Made by a program: the position numbers and the translations under genes. 29,537 nucleotides of DNA, from the IMG/VR virus record IMGVR_UViG_3300032007_001569. One strand, given 5' to 3'. Each line of letters opens with the position of its first letter. The first letter of the stretch is position 1. Source of the stretch: a virus (taxonomy: Duplodnaviria; Heunggongvirae; Uroviricota; Caudoviricetes). Positions 10,297-18,895 of this stretch are shown in pieces. The notes beneath the pieces were generated by a model. The model was given only the letters and a program-made list of their open reading frames with translations. It had not been told where the DNA came from and searched no databases.

Positions 10297-10965
10297 GTGG
10301 AAAACTTCATACTGTTAATGCTCTTTACTTATCCTGGCGCGATTTCATACTGGGTATATACTAGATGCGCAAGCGACAAAACGTTTTACGTCGAACCAGA
10401 TTCTTTTAGCAGGACTGCAATTTCTTGTTTTTGCAGTATTGTTGTGACTTTATTGACGTTGTTAATTTCATCGTTGTTCTATCATATACCAAGCATCAGC
10501 GGCCTCACAAAATTCCTAACAGAAACTAATAATATATGGTTTTATGTTCTTGCCTCATTAGGTGTTAGCGTTTTTGTTGGGTTTTTATGGTATGCCATTT
10601 ATTATATTCAATATGAAATAGACAATAAGCGCAAGAAGGAATCAAAGAAGTCGCCAGCAGGATTATATAAGTCCGTTTGGGTGCAATTATTGAAGGAGTA
10701 CGAAATCGGCGGCTGTATTGTGATTATTCGGCGCAAAGGCCGCATTGTAAGAATGGGATTCCCACAGATCATCCCCGATGAAATAACATCTGATTGTGGC
10801 ATCGTCCTTTCTTACTGCGGCGAAGTTGAGAACGAATACGCAAAAGAAAACCACGGCCTCATTCAGGAGCGCGTATATAGTTATTACGATATGCACAATG
10901 ACGTTGAGCTTGAATTTCTCAATGCAAAAGCTCTAGCAAAAGCCATATCGAAAAAGAAACTCTAA
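10297..10965 (+). CDS. Intron cargo: multi-TM membrane protein (DUF6338-like)
   Basis: GTG start with RBS GAGGTG at 10286-10291; about 3 hydrophobic helices, starting LLMLFTYPGAISYWVY, then a soluble C-terminal domain; AT-rich (17/60 GC in 10561-10620). The family label is by resemblance only. Confidence 0.75.
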   Translation: MENFILLMLFTYPGAISYWVYTRCASDKTFYVEPDSFSRTAISCFCSIVVTLLTLLISSLFYHIPSISGLTKFLTETNNIWFYVLASLGVSVFVGFLWYAIYYIQYEIDNKRKKESKKSPAGLYKSVWVQLLKEYEIGGCIVIIRRKGRIVRMGFPQIIPDEITSDCGIVLSYCGEVENEYAKENHGLIQERVYSYYDMHNDVELEFLNAKALAKAISKKKL

Positions 10966-10976
10966 AAACTAGATTC

Positions 10977-11144
10977 CTATCTACGCTTAGGCTTCTTTCG
11001 CGGCTTTCGCGTTTCGGGTTTGGGGCGCGGTTTAGGCACTATCCCAATGGATGGCTCATGCGAGTGCGCTATTTTTCTGGCGATAAGTTTTTGCCTTCTG
11101 CGCCCTATTACCCTGATATGACGAGCGATTTTTGAGCTTCTCAT
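10977..11144 (-). CDS. Intron cargo: 55-aa Arg/Lys/Pro-rich peptide (not in the ORF track)
   Basis: AGGAGGT RBS 6 nt before ATG 11144, overlapping the stop of the upstream gene; MRSSKIARHIRVIGRRRQKLIARKIAHSHEPSIGIVPKPRPKPETRKPRKKPKRR*. Confidence 0.55.
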   Translation of the reverse strand: MRSSKIARHIRVIGRRRQKLIARKIAHSHEPSIGIVPKPRPKPETRKPRKKPKRR

Positions 11145-11156
11145 TCATAAACCTCC

Positions 11157-11714
11157 TTACCACTTATATCCGCAGTTGTTACACTTAAACTGTGCCCGCG
11201 CCGTAGGATTCGCTACGCCGAACGCGGTTTGAGCCAAATCCCTGCGGATGCCGGAAACGGGAACGATGTCCGTGCTACCACAGGTCGGGCATTTGGGAAC
11301 GAGGCCGAGGGCCTGTTTGATGTATGGATCGTCGGTGCGGATTGTGCCAGTGGTTATGAGCTGGTGGGCATAGTCGTCAAATTTGGCTTCGGTTTCACGA
11401 ATGAGATTTTGCTTGTGTTTCTTCCAATGCTTAACCGTATTTTTCCAATCGTGTGTAGTTGAATAATATCTATATATTGCACCAATTAAGCCTATAATGG
11501 TCAGAACAAAGCAAATCAATATGGCAAAGTTGGTGACGCTCCTATCTACGCCATATAGGTTTGAAAATACAATGATTCCAACAACCCCTACTACGAGCAC
11601 CTTAAGATAATTTCCAGAAGTATAAGTAAACCGTGGTTTAGGAGGTTTCTTCATTGCAATAATATCTTCGATTGCATTGGTTTTAATTTTGTCAAGGGAT
11701 TGAATATCAAGCAT
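11157..11714 (-). CDS. Intron cargo: two-TM membrane protein with C-terminal zinc ribbon
   Basis: Two hydrophobic helices (VLVVGVVGIIVF, FAILICFVLTIIGLIGAIY); CPTCGS...CNNCGYKW; RBS GAGGT upstream. Confidence 0.85.
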   Translation of the reverse strand: MLDIQSLDKIKTNAIEDIIAMKKPPKPRFTYTSGNYLKVLVVGVVGIIVFSNLYGVDRSVTNFAILICFVLTIIGLIGAIYRYYSTTHDWKNTVKHWKKHKQNLIRETEAKFDDYAHQLITTGTIRTDDPYIKQALGLVPKCPTCGSTDIVPVSGIRRDLAQTAFGVANPTARAQFKCNNCGYKW

Positions 11715-11756
11715 AATCTTTTACCTCGAGGCCGATCACAACGAACTTCAATTAAC

Positions 11757-11785
11757 ATTATATCAGTATACCATTTGTTTGTCAA
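11757..11785 (-). promoter_or_regulatory. Perfect-consensus sigma-A promoter, antisense to the TMP
   Basis: Reverse strand reads TTGACA (11785-11780), 17-nt spacer, TATAAT (11762-11757), about 45 nt upstream of ATG 11714. Confidence 0.9.
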
Positions 11786-11827
11786 CCTTATTTTGCTGGC
11801 AATTCACGCACGCAAGCAAATAGTTTG

Positions 11828-14800
11828 GCGCTCTTCGTTGACATAACAAAAGGTGCAGCAAAAGCAACGGCCTCTATGAAGGCGCTTAACATTGCAGCAA
11901 ACGCTGCCATTATAGGTGTTGCTGCATTTGGAGTTCAATTAATAGCTCAAAGGATAAACGCCCAACGTGTACTTGCAAATCAAGTAGACGATATTGTAAG
12001 TACATACAAGCAGAGTATTTCACAATTCGATTCAAATAAAGGCGAATTTGATAGCCTAGCAAAACGATATGTAGAATTAGGAAATGGCGTTGATGAGCTA
12101 GGCAAGAATATATCCCTAACTACAGAAGAGTATTCTGAATATCAAGAAATTACAAATAAAATAGCTACTTATGTACCAAGCCTCGTTAGAGGTTTTGATG
12201 ATACTGGTACTGCCATTCTAAATGTTAAGGGTAATGTTGAAGAGTTGATTGCGGCATATGGTGCGATGGGTGATGCCGCAAATAATTCTATACTTGAGAA
12301 CGCTTTTAACATATTCGCAGATTTTAAGAATAAACGAGATGCAAGAGCCGCAGGGAAAATGGACGATGTTATTTCTACGGCCCTTGATATTGTTGGCATA
12401 CATCCAACGCGAAATGATTATGAAATGCCGAAGTATGCTTATGATGTATTACAACGCGCTGTTAATACCAATGATATAGATTCTTTCGTTAATCAATGGG
12501 GCCGGTCAAATTTCAATGGCCGCACGCAACTATTCGATCTATTAAAAGAGATTGCACCATCAATTTGGTCTAAACAGCTTGAAGCATACAATATGCACCA
12601 AAAATCATATTTGGATGCGGAAATTGATTTCCTTAGAAACGCACTACAAGATACATCAACACATTTTGCCCTAGAGAACGTAGTTTCTGCATACGATCAG
12701 CAAAGTAGAGAAATGATTACTGGGCTGTCTACTGTCGCAAATGCCTATCTTAAAAATAAATTTAGCACTGACATGGCTGATATGCCAGATTCATTAAAAA
12801 ATATAGTGCATGGATGGGTTGATAGCAGAGACTATTCATTCTATGAATCTATTAAAAGTGAAACTGAGATATACGATGCGATAAATGGTATTATTGATAT
12901 AGTATCTCAGCTACAAAATTATACCGTAAAAATGCCTGACACCGCTGGCAATGTCAACCTTAAAAACAGAAAAGTAATTGACGCAGCAAAACTTGCAATG
13001 GCTGGATGGGATGACGCTGGCGAAGGCATTGCCACTCTATTCTCTTCAACTTACAGCGCTGGCAATAAGGAACAGGGATATGATTATGAGTACGGCAAAA
13101 ATGTCGTGATTAATTGTACCCCAATTCTACCAGATGGTTCCGTATTAAGCCCGCAGGAACTTGAAGACTATTTATATGATATTATTTCTAGCGGCCGAGA
13201 CCTTCTAGAAGCCGACAAACCAGAAAATGGTGGTTTAGGTTTATTACTAGGCATTGATGATGTTAAAGGTACACTTGAAGATGCCTACGAGGAAGCCGAG
13301 CGGCAAACTGAACGTCTACATGTTCTTCAAGATTATTACTACAATAATCGAAACGCTGGCGAACCGATCATCGCAGCATTCGATATAAGCACTAAGTTTA
13401 ATGGCAATGAGTGCTCTATTGATGAGTATCTTTCTGCGATGGCAGAAGCACAGGATGCGTTTTCAGTCCTTGACCCGGAGACACAAGCCATTATTGCACC
13501 AGAGCTAGACCTCAACACTGAAAAGCTCGAACAGCAATACGAGAACATGGTCAATCGCCTCACCAATGCTTTTGGCGGCGACAAGAGGGGGCTTATTGAA
13601 GAGCTGCTCGGTTCGTTGACCGGCGAAGAGTTTGCAAACCTCTACTCCTTCGACGGCGAGTTCCTAGACATGTCTTGGGATGAATTGCAGAATATCATCA
13701 CCGGCGTTCAGGAATTGACAGAAGCCGCAAAGGAATTTACCTTTACGCTGGACGATGAGAGCGCGGCGCTGGATAAGGTCACAGAATCTATCAGTGCTTC
13801 CGCGACGGCTACCGGTCTGAGCGCCGAACAAATCGGGCTTCTCGTTGATCGTTACAGCGAGCTAGACGGTTATGATCCTTCTAAACTATTCGAGCGTACA
13901 GAGCACGGCATCCACCTAAATGTCGATGCGTTGGAAGAGCTGGAGGCTCAGTACAGGAAGATCAAATTCGACGGCCTCAATAAACAGCTTGACGAACAGA
14001 TTGACAAGTATAACGAGCTGACAAAAGAGATCAATAACTGCAACGATGCGTTCGAGCTTGACAATTTGCGCAAGGAGCAATCTGCTGTTCTGGCGCAAAT
14101 TAACAGCACGGCAAATCTTATCGCCCAATACAAGGGCTTGACTTCAGCGTATAACGAATGGCAAAAAGCCCTTAGCACACCGAATGAGGGCGACGCTTAC
14201 GATAAGATTACTTCTGGTATTGAGTCTACTTTGGAGCTTCGCAAGAAGGGGCTTATTGGTACAGACGATTTCCAGAAATTCGCTCAATTATTCTCGTATA
14301 ACGATTTAACAGGACAATCTGCAAGCGAATACGCTAAGGTATTTGATACTCAATACCCAAAAATGAAAGCCTATTTCACGGATGGTTATGAAGGTTGCGA
14401 GGCGTTTCTTCAGAAAGTTCATGAGCTAAACGCTGAGTGGGCCTCACTCGACGATAACGGTAATTGGCAGTTTGATTTTAATAGTGACGAACTTGCACAA
14501 GAACTGGATATTAGTGTCGAAGCGGTTCAAACAATTCTTGACAAGCTCAAGGATTACGGTTTTGACGTACATATCAATTCAAATACCGAAGAAATTGAGT
14601 CACAGCTTGAACCTGTTAAAAATACCATCGAAAATGAGCTTGGCGACGCGAACGCAAATCCGACGATCACTTGGCAAAACAAGACGGACGCTGTTGACGC
14701 TTTCAAGCGTAAGACACATTTAGCTTACGGTGAGATTATTTGGAAGAATATTACCACAACGGTAAATACTTCCACAAAGACTGTCACCACAAAAACTACA

Positions 14801-17677
14801 TCAACAACCGGTGGTAGTAGTGGTGGTAGTACAGGTGGCACTAAAAAGACACCTCCGAATGGAGCTACCTTTACGCCAACTTATACCGGTACAGCCTATG
14901 CCAGCGGGGATTGGGGAACCAAAAAATCTGGTACGGCCCTGGGCGGAGAATTGGGCACAGAACTATTGGTGCGCGGCGGACGTTTTGTAACCATTGGAGA
15001 TCATGGCGCAGAACTTTTCAACTACAAGCGCGGCGACATTATCTTTAATGCCGCTCAAACCAAGGAGATATTTGAAAAAGGTAGAGCTATTTCCAACGGC
15101 GGCAGAGGCAGAGCGCTTGTTACAGGTACGGCGTTTGATTATGGTTCGGGCGGATGGAACTTGTATGATCCAAGCACCGGCATATCAACCGCCACGACAA
15201 GCACAAAGACAACCACTTCCAGCAGCTCTTCATCATCCTCTTCATCTTATTCCTCATCGTCCTCTTCTTCCGATTCAGATACTTCTATATTTGATTGGAT
15301 TGAGGTCGCGGTTGAGCGCATCGAGCTATTAATCAGCAGATTAGGCCGCACAGCCCAAAGCACCTTCCGCAATTTGACCAGGCGTTTGTCTGCTACATAT
15401 GACGAAATCTCTAAGGTTGGCGGAGAAATCCAAATCCAGCAGCAGGCGTACTATCGTTACCTGCAACAAGCAGAATCCGTTGCCCTTGACGAGAATCTGA
15501 AGCGCGCCGTTCGCAACGGCGTGATTGACATTCGGGAATATGATAGCGCTACCCAAGAGCTGATCGATTCATACTCCGAATGGTACAGCAAGGCGCTTTC
15601 GGCGGCAGACGCGGTCGAAGAATTAAATGAAACTCTTGGCGAGTTGTATCAGTCTCGTTTCGAGGCAATTCAAACCAATTTTGAAAATAGCCTTGCCTTG
15701 TTCGATCACATGACAACTTCATATGGCAACGCTCTCAATATGATTGAAGAACGTGGTTATATGGGCGGCGCTTCTCTTTACAGAGAAATGCAGAATGTTG
15801 AGCGGGAAAACATCGTCACTCGACAAAATGAGCTTAAACAACTGACACAAGCAATGTCCGACGCTGTTAATTCTGGCGCGATTGAGCTGTATTCTGAATC
15901 GTGGTACGAGATGCAGCAAAATATCAATGCTGTAAAAGAGGGCATCCAAGAATCAGAAATTGCGCTTGTCAAGTATGGCAATGCGATTCGCCAGATTGAT
16001 TGGGATGTTTTTGATTACATGCAGAACCGGATTGGCAACATCACCTCGGAGTCTGAGTTCTTAATCAAGCTACTGGGCAACTCCGAGTTGTTTAAGGAGA
16101 ACGGCCAGCTTAACGAAAAAGGGCAAGCGCAAATGGGCTTGTATGCCATGAACTATAATGTTTATATGGCACAGGCTGACAAATATGCGGCTGAAGTAAA
16201 ACGCATCAATGCGGAGATTGCGCGCGATCCAGCCAATAAGACACTGATTGAGCGCCGCGAAACCCTGCTGAACTTACAGCGTCAGTCTATCGAGGCGGCA
16301 GAAGATGAGAAGAAGGCTGTTCGAGACCTCGTTGAAAACGGGATCAAGATTGAGCTTGATGCGCTAAAAGAACTGATAGACGCATATGAGGATTCCATTG
16401 ACAGCGCTAAAGATTTGCACGATTACCAAAAGCGCATTGACAAACAGGCTGGCGAGGTTGCCTCAATCCAGAAGCAACTTGCAGCGTATGCCAACGACAC
16501 GTCCGAAGAAAACCGGGCAAGGCTTCAGAAATTGCGGACAGACCTGTCTGAGGCAATGGAAGAGCTGAACGAGACGCAGTACGATCAGTTTATCAAAGAT
16601 CAGAAGAAACTACTCGATGATCTATATGCTGATTATGAAAGCCTGTTAAATCAGCGGCTTGATGATACAAATGCGCTTATGGGCGACATGATTGATGCGA
16701 CGAATCAAAGCGCGGCATTAATCAGCGATACCATTATTGAGCAAGCAACACAAGTCGGATATACCTTGTCTGATAGTATGATGACAGCGTGGGAGAATAG
16801 TGCGACTTTCGATGTCGTAACCAGATATGGCGCTAGTTTTGATTCTCAGCTAACGACCGTAAACGCAATGCTCTCACGAATTGCGGCCAGCGTTGCCGAT
16901 GTAGTGCGCTACGGCGATATGATCTCCAGCAGTACAATCAGTAGCACAACATCAACAACATCTACCGTGTCATCGCCTGGACTTCCTACTGCTTCGCATA
17001 CTGCGCTTTCTGCTTCGGAAGTCCCATATACTCCCCCAGCGCCTACATCATCAAGTAGCGGTTCCTCTTCCGGCTCATCTGGTTCTGGATCGGGCTCCGG
17101 TAAGAGGGTTAAGGTTGGCGCGGGAACATGGTGGATAAGGTCTGCGCCGAGTATGTCCGGCACGCAATTAGGCGTTGCGAAAGAAGGCGACAAATTCACT
17201 TATACCGGCACGACAAAAAATAATTTCAATGGTATTATTTATAAGGGACAAAATGCCTGGATAAGCGCATCAGGAAGCAGCATCATTGGTTATAAGACAG
17301 GCGGTATCATTGCGGATATGCAGAAGGTGGCAATGCGCAATGGTGATGATATGATAACTGTCAATACCTTGAAAAAGGGCGAAGGCATCATGTCAGTTTC
17401 TCAAACAGAAGCGTTTAGAAAGATGGTTGAGCACTTACCGGCGCTGGAGGGCATCGTAAGCGTCTCCGGCTCTCTTTCCAAATTCAGAAATGGTGCTCAT
17501 AGTGCGGGCACAGCCAATACCTTTGAAATCAACATTCCCATTGAGCATGTGCAGGATTATAACGATTTTGTTATGCAGTTAAGGAATGACGGCAGGTTTG
17601 AGAAGTTTATCCAATCAATTACTGTCGATACGGCAGTTGGTGGTAGCAGACTCGCCAAAAATAAATTTCAATGGTGA
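11828..17677 (+). CDS. Tail tape measure protein, exon 2 (1949 aa); spliced TMP 2773 aa
   Basis: Begins ALFVDITKG directly after omega-G, with no SD before TTG 11825. Long helical and Trp-periodic regions, YASG...GELGTELLV TMP motif, Ser/Thr linkers, an SH3b-like domain near the C-terminus; followed by Dit. Confidence 0.9.
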   Translation, partial: ALFVDITKGAAKATASMKALNIAANAAIIGVAAFGVQLIAQRINAQRVLANQVDDIVSTYKQSISQFDSNKGEFDSLAKRYVELGNGVDELGKNISLTTEEYSEYQEITNKIATYVPSLVRGFDDTGTAILNVKGNVEELIAAYGAMGDAANNSILENAFNIFADFKNKRDARAAGKMDDVISTALDIVGIHPTRNDYEMPKYAYDVLQRAVNTNDIDSFVNQWGRSNFNGRTQLFDLLKEIAPSIWSKQLEAYNMHQKSYLDAEIDFLRNALQDTSTHFALENVVSAYDQQSREMITGLSTVANAYLKNKFSTDMADMPDSLKNIVHGWVDSRDYSFYESIKSETEIYDAINGIIDIVSQLQNYTVKMPDTAGNVNLKNRKVIDAAKLAMAGWDDAGEGIATLFSSTYSAGNKEQGYDYEYGKNVVINCTPILPDGSVLSPQELEDYLYDIISSGRDLLEADKPENGGLGLLLGIDDVKGTLEDAYEEAERQTERLHVLQDYYYNNRNAGEPIIAAFDISTKFNGNECSIDEYLSAMAEAQDAFSVLDPETQAIIAPELDLNTEKLEQQYENMVNRLTNAFGGDKRGLIEELLGSLTGEEFANLYSFDGEFLDMSWDELQNIITGVQELTEAAKEFTFTLDDESAALDKVTESISASATATGLSAEQIGLLVDRYSELDGYDPSKLFERTEHGIHLNVDALEELEAQYRKIKFDGLNKQLDEQIDKYNELTKEINNCNDAFELDNLRKEQSAVLAQINSTANLIAQYKGLTSAYNEWQKALSTPNEGDAYDKITSGIESTLELRKKGLIGTDDFQKFAQLFSYNDLTGQSASEYAKVFDTQYPKMKAYFTDGYEGCEAFLQKVHELNAEWASLDDNGNWQFDFNSDELAQELDISVEAVQTILDKLKDYGFDVHINSNTEEIESQLEPVKNTIENELGDANANPTITWQNKTDAVDAFKRKTHLAYGEIIWKNITTTVNTSTKTVTTKTTSTTGGSSGGSTGGTKKTPPNGATFTPTYTGTAYASGDWGTKKSGTALGGELGTELLVRGGRFVTIGDHGAELFNYKRGDIIFNAAQTKEIFEKGRAISNGGRGRALVTGTAFDYGSGGWNLYDPSTGISTATTSTKTTTSSSSSSSSSSYSSSSSSSDSDTSIFDWIEVAVERIELLISRLGRTAQSTFRNLTRRLSATYDEISKVGGEIQIQQQAYYRYLQQAESVALDENLKRAVRNGVIDIREYDSATQELIDSYSEWYSKALSAADAVEELNETLGELYQSRFEAIQTNFENSLALFDHMTTSYGNALNMIEERGYMGGASLYREMQNVERENIVTRQNELKQLTQAMSDAVNSGAIELYSESWYEMQQNINAVKEGIQESEIALVKYGNAIRQIDWDVFDYMQNRIGNITSESEFLIKLLGNSELFKENGQLNEKGQAQMGLYAMNYNVYMAQADKYAAEVKRINAEIARDPANKTLIERRETLLNLQRQSIEAAEDEKKAVRDLVENGIKIELDALKELIDAYEDSIDSAKDLHDYQKRIDKQAGEVASIQKQLAAYANDTSEENRARLQKLRTDLSEAMEELNETQYDQFIKDQKKLLDDLYADYESLLNQRLDDTNALMGDMIDATNQSAALISDTIIEQATQVGYTLSDSMMTAWENSATFDVVTRYGASFDSQLTTVNAMLSRIAASVADVVRYGDMISSSTISSTTSTTSTVSSPGLPTASHTALSASEVPYTPPAPTSSSSGSSSGSSGSGSGSGKRVKVGAGTWWIRSAPSMSGTQLGVAKEGDKFTYTGTTKNNFNGIIYKGQNAWISASGSSIIGYKTGGIIADMQKVAMRNGDDMITVNTLKKGEGIMSVSQTEAFRKMVEHLPALEGIVSVSGSLSKFRNGAHSAGTANTFEINIPIEHVQDYNDFVMQLRNDGRFEKFIQSITVDTAVGGSRLAKNKFQW

Positions 17678-17686
17678 TTGCAATGT

Positions 17687-17714
17687 GGCGGGGTGTGAAT
17701 TTTCACGCCTCGCC
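17687..17714 (+). other. GC-rich hairpin after the TMP stop (processing/stability element)
   Basis: GGCGGGGTGTGA / TCACGCCTCGCC, 12-bp stem with two G.U pairs; no U-tract, so not a classic terminator. Confidence 0.5.
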
Positions 17715-17743
17715 CTTGCAAATATACAATGGGAGGAATCTAT

Positions 17744-18046
17744 TTGATTTTATTTTCTCGTTTTGCGAATGAGACAATCGACCGCCTTACTAGAGAAAAA
17801 ATAGAACTGGTGGAAGAGAAATCCAAATTAATGGCAGACGTAAAAAGACTAAATGAAAGGCTTGGTATTGCGTTGAAGAAAGAGGCAACCGTTGACCAGC
17901 TCATGAAGCAATACCAAACCGAAATTAAAAATGCAAGAAAGCTACAGCAAGAATACAAAGAACTCATAGATAAAACCATAATTGAAAAAGAAAAGTATGA
18001 GTCTGAAATGAACGATTTGCTTGGCAGATTAAAGAATGAACACTAA
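17744..18046 (+). CDS. Small coiled-coil phage protein between TMP and Dit
   Basis: RBS GGGAGGA before TTG 17744 (the ORF track starts at 17729); heptad-rich Lys/Glu sequence. Confidence 0.65.
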   Translation: MILFSRFANETIDRLTREKIELVEEKSKLMADVKRLNERLGIALKKEATVDQLMKQYQTEIKNARKLQQEYKELIDKTIIEKEKYESEMNDLLGRLKNEH

Positions 18047-18071
18047 TACATGAGGGGAGGATGGGCGATGT

Positions 18072-18875
18072 ATGTTTGCATTGGATTTTGAATATGATGG
18101 CCGCTATCTGAGCGACTATGGTTTTATTATTTGTGATTTCAATGGCACTTCTGGTGCCGAAGAGATTACTGCTGGGTCTAGGATAACATTCAACAAAGTT
18201 CAGACTCACTCTGGTTTGAAATATAATCTAACAAGTATAAATTATGGAGAGTGTTTGACTACAACATTCGATATATGTAAAGACCCTGAATTATTCGATG
18301 ATTTACTGATTACCAATCCCGAATTAAGAGATTTGATGCGCTGGTTGAACAGAAAACAATTTCTGGAATTTAGCGTGAGATATGATGACTTTGAAAAAAA
18401 CACTTGCACATACAATGCGAGTTTTAATATTAGCAAAATCTGTGTCGCCGAAAAACTGTACGGCTTGCGTCTGACACTCGAAACGGATTCGCCGTTTGGC
18501 CACGCGAAAAAGGAGACATTGGAGTGGCACTCTACTCCTTCAATCGAGGAAGAAATAGAAAATAAGTCTGACGAGTTGGGCGACTTGTTCCCGATTTTGA
18601 CAATTACCTGCCGCGAAAGCGGAGATTTTTCTATCAGTAATAGTGCCAACAATCACTCAATGGAGATAACTGATTGCGTCGAGAATGAAGTGCTTTCAAT
18701 CGATTGTGAAAATCAAATATTAATCTCGTCTGAGCAACGGAATCTTCTGGCAAATTTTAACTTTGACTTTTTTAGGCTTTCAAACACATTGGAAGATAAT
18801 AAAAACAGAATCACCACCTCTTTAGAATGCGACATCAAACTCGAATACTACCCAATCTATAAAGGTGGATTATAA
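18072..18875 (+). CDS. Distal tail protein (Dit-like)
   Basis: MFALDFEYDGRYLSDYGFII N-terminus, LETDSPFG and ENEVLSIDCENQIL motifs; located between TMP and Tal. Confidence 0.8.
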   Translation: MFALDFEYDGRYLSDYGFIICDFNGTSGAEEITAGSRITFNKVQTHSGLKYNLTSINYGECLTTTFDICKDPELFDDLLITNPELRDLMRWLNRKQFLEFSVRYDDFEKNTCTYNASFNISKICVAEKLYGLRLTLETDSPFGHAKKETLEWHSTPSIEEEIENKSDELGDLFPILTITCRESGDFSISNSANNHSMEITDCVENEVLSIDCENQILISSEQRNLLANFNFDFFRLSNTLEDNKNRITTSLECDIKLEYYPIYKGGL

Positions 18876-18895
18876 TACGAAATGGAGATAATGTA

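Larger units (their letters stand above)
9713..11827 (+). ncRNA. Group I self-splicing intron in the TMP gene, carrying cargo ORFs
   Basis: P1: exon CCGGU 9708-9712 / GCCGG 9759-9763, with U.G at the splice site. P10: GAGUGC 9753-9758 / exon 2 GCGCUC 11828-11833. Q-like AUCAGCAG 9916-9923; R GUUCAGAGGCUA 9950-9961; S GAAGGUAUAGUCC 9992-10004. P8: 9970-9978 / 9984-9992. P9.0: AAACU 10005-10009 / AGUUU 11822-11826. Omega-G at 11827. Phase-0 splice joins both ORFs in frame. Confidence 0.9.

Noticed and set aside
11157-11714. Zinc-ribbon cargo as an HNH homing endonuclease
   Set aside because: Has CxxC pairs but no H-N-H catalytic pattern, carries two TM helices, and is antisense to the intron.
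11825-11827. TTG as the start of an independent 1950-aa gene
   Set aside because: No Shine-Dalgarno sequence upstream; the TTG is explained as the end of P9.0 plus omega-G.
9713-11827. Group II intron, IStron or IS insertion as the cause of the TMP break
   Set aside because: No GUGYG 5' end, domain V or reverse transcriptase; no TnpA/TnpB or DDE transposase; no terminal inverted repeats or target duplication. Group I motifs explain both ends.
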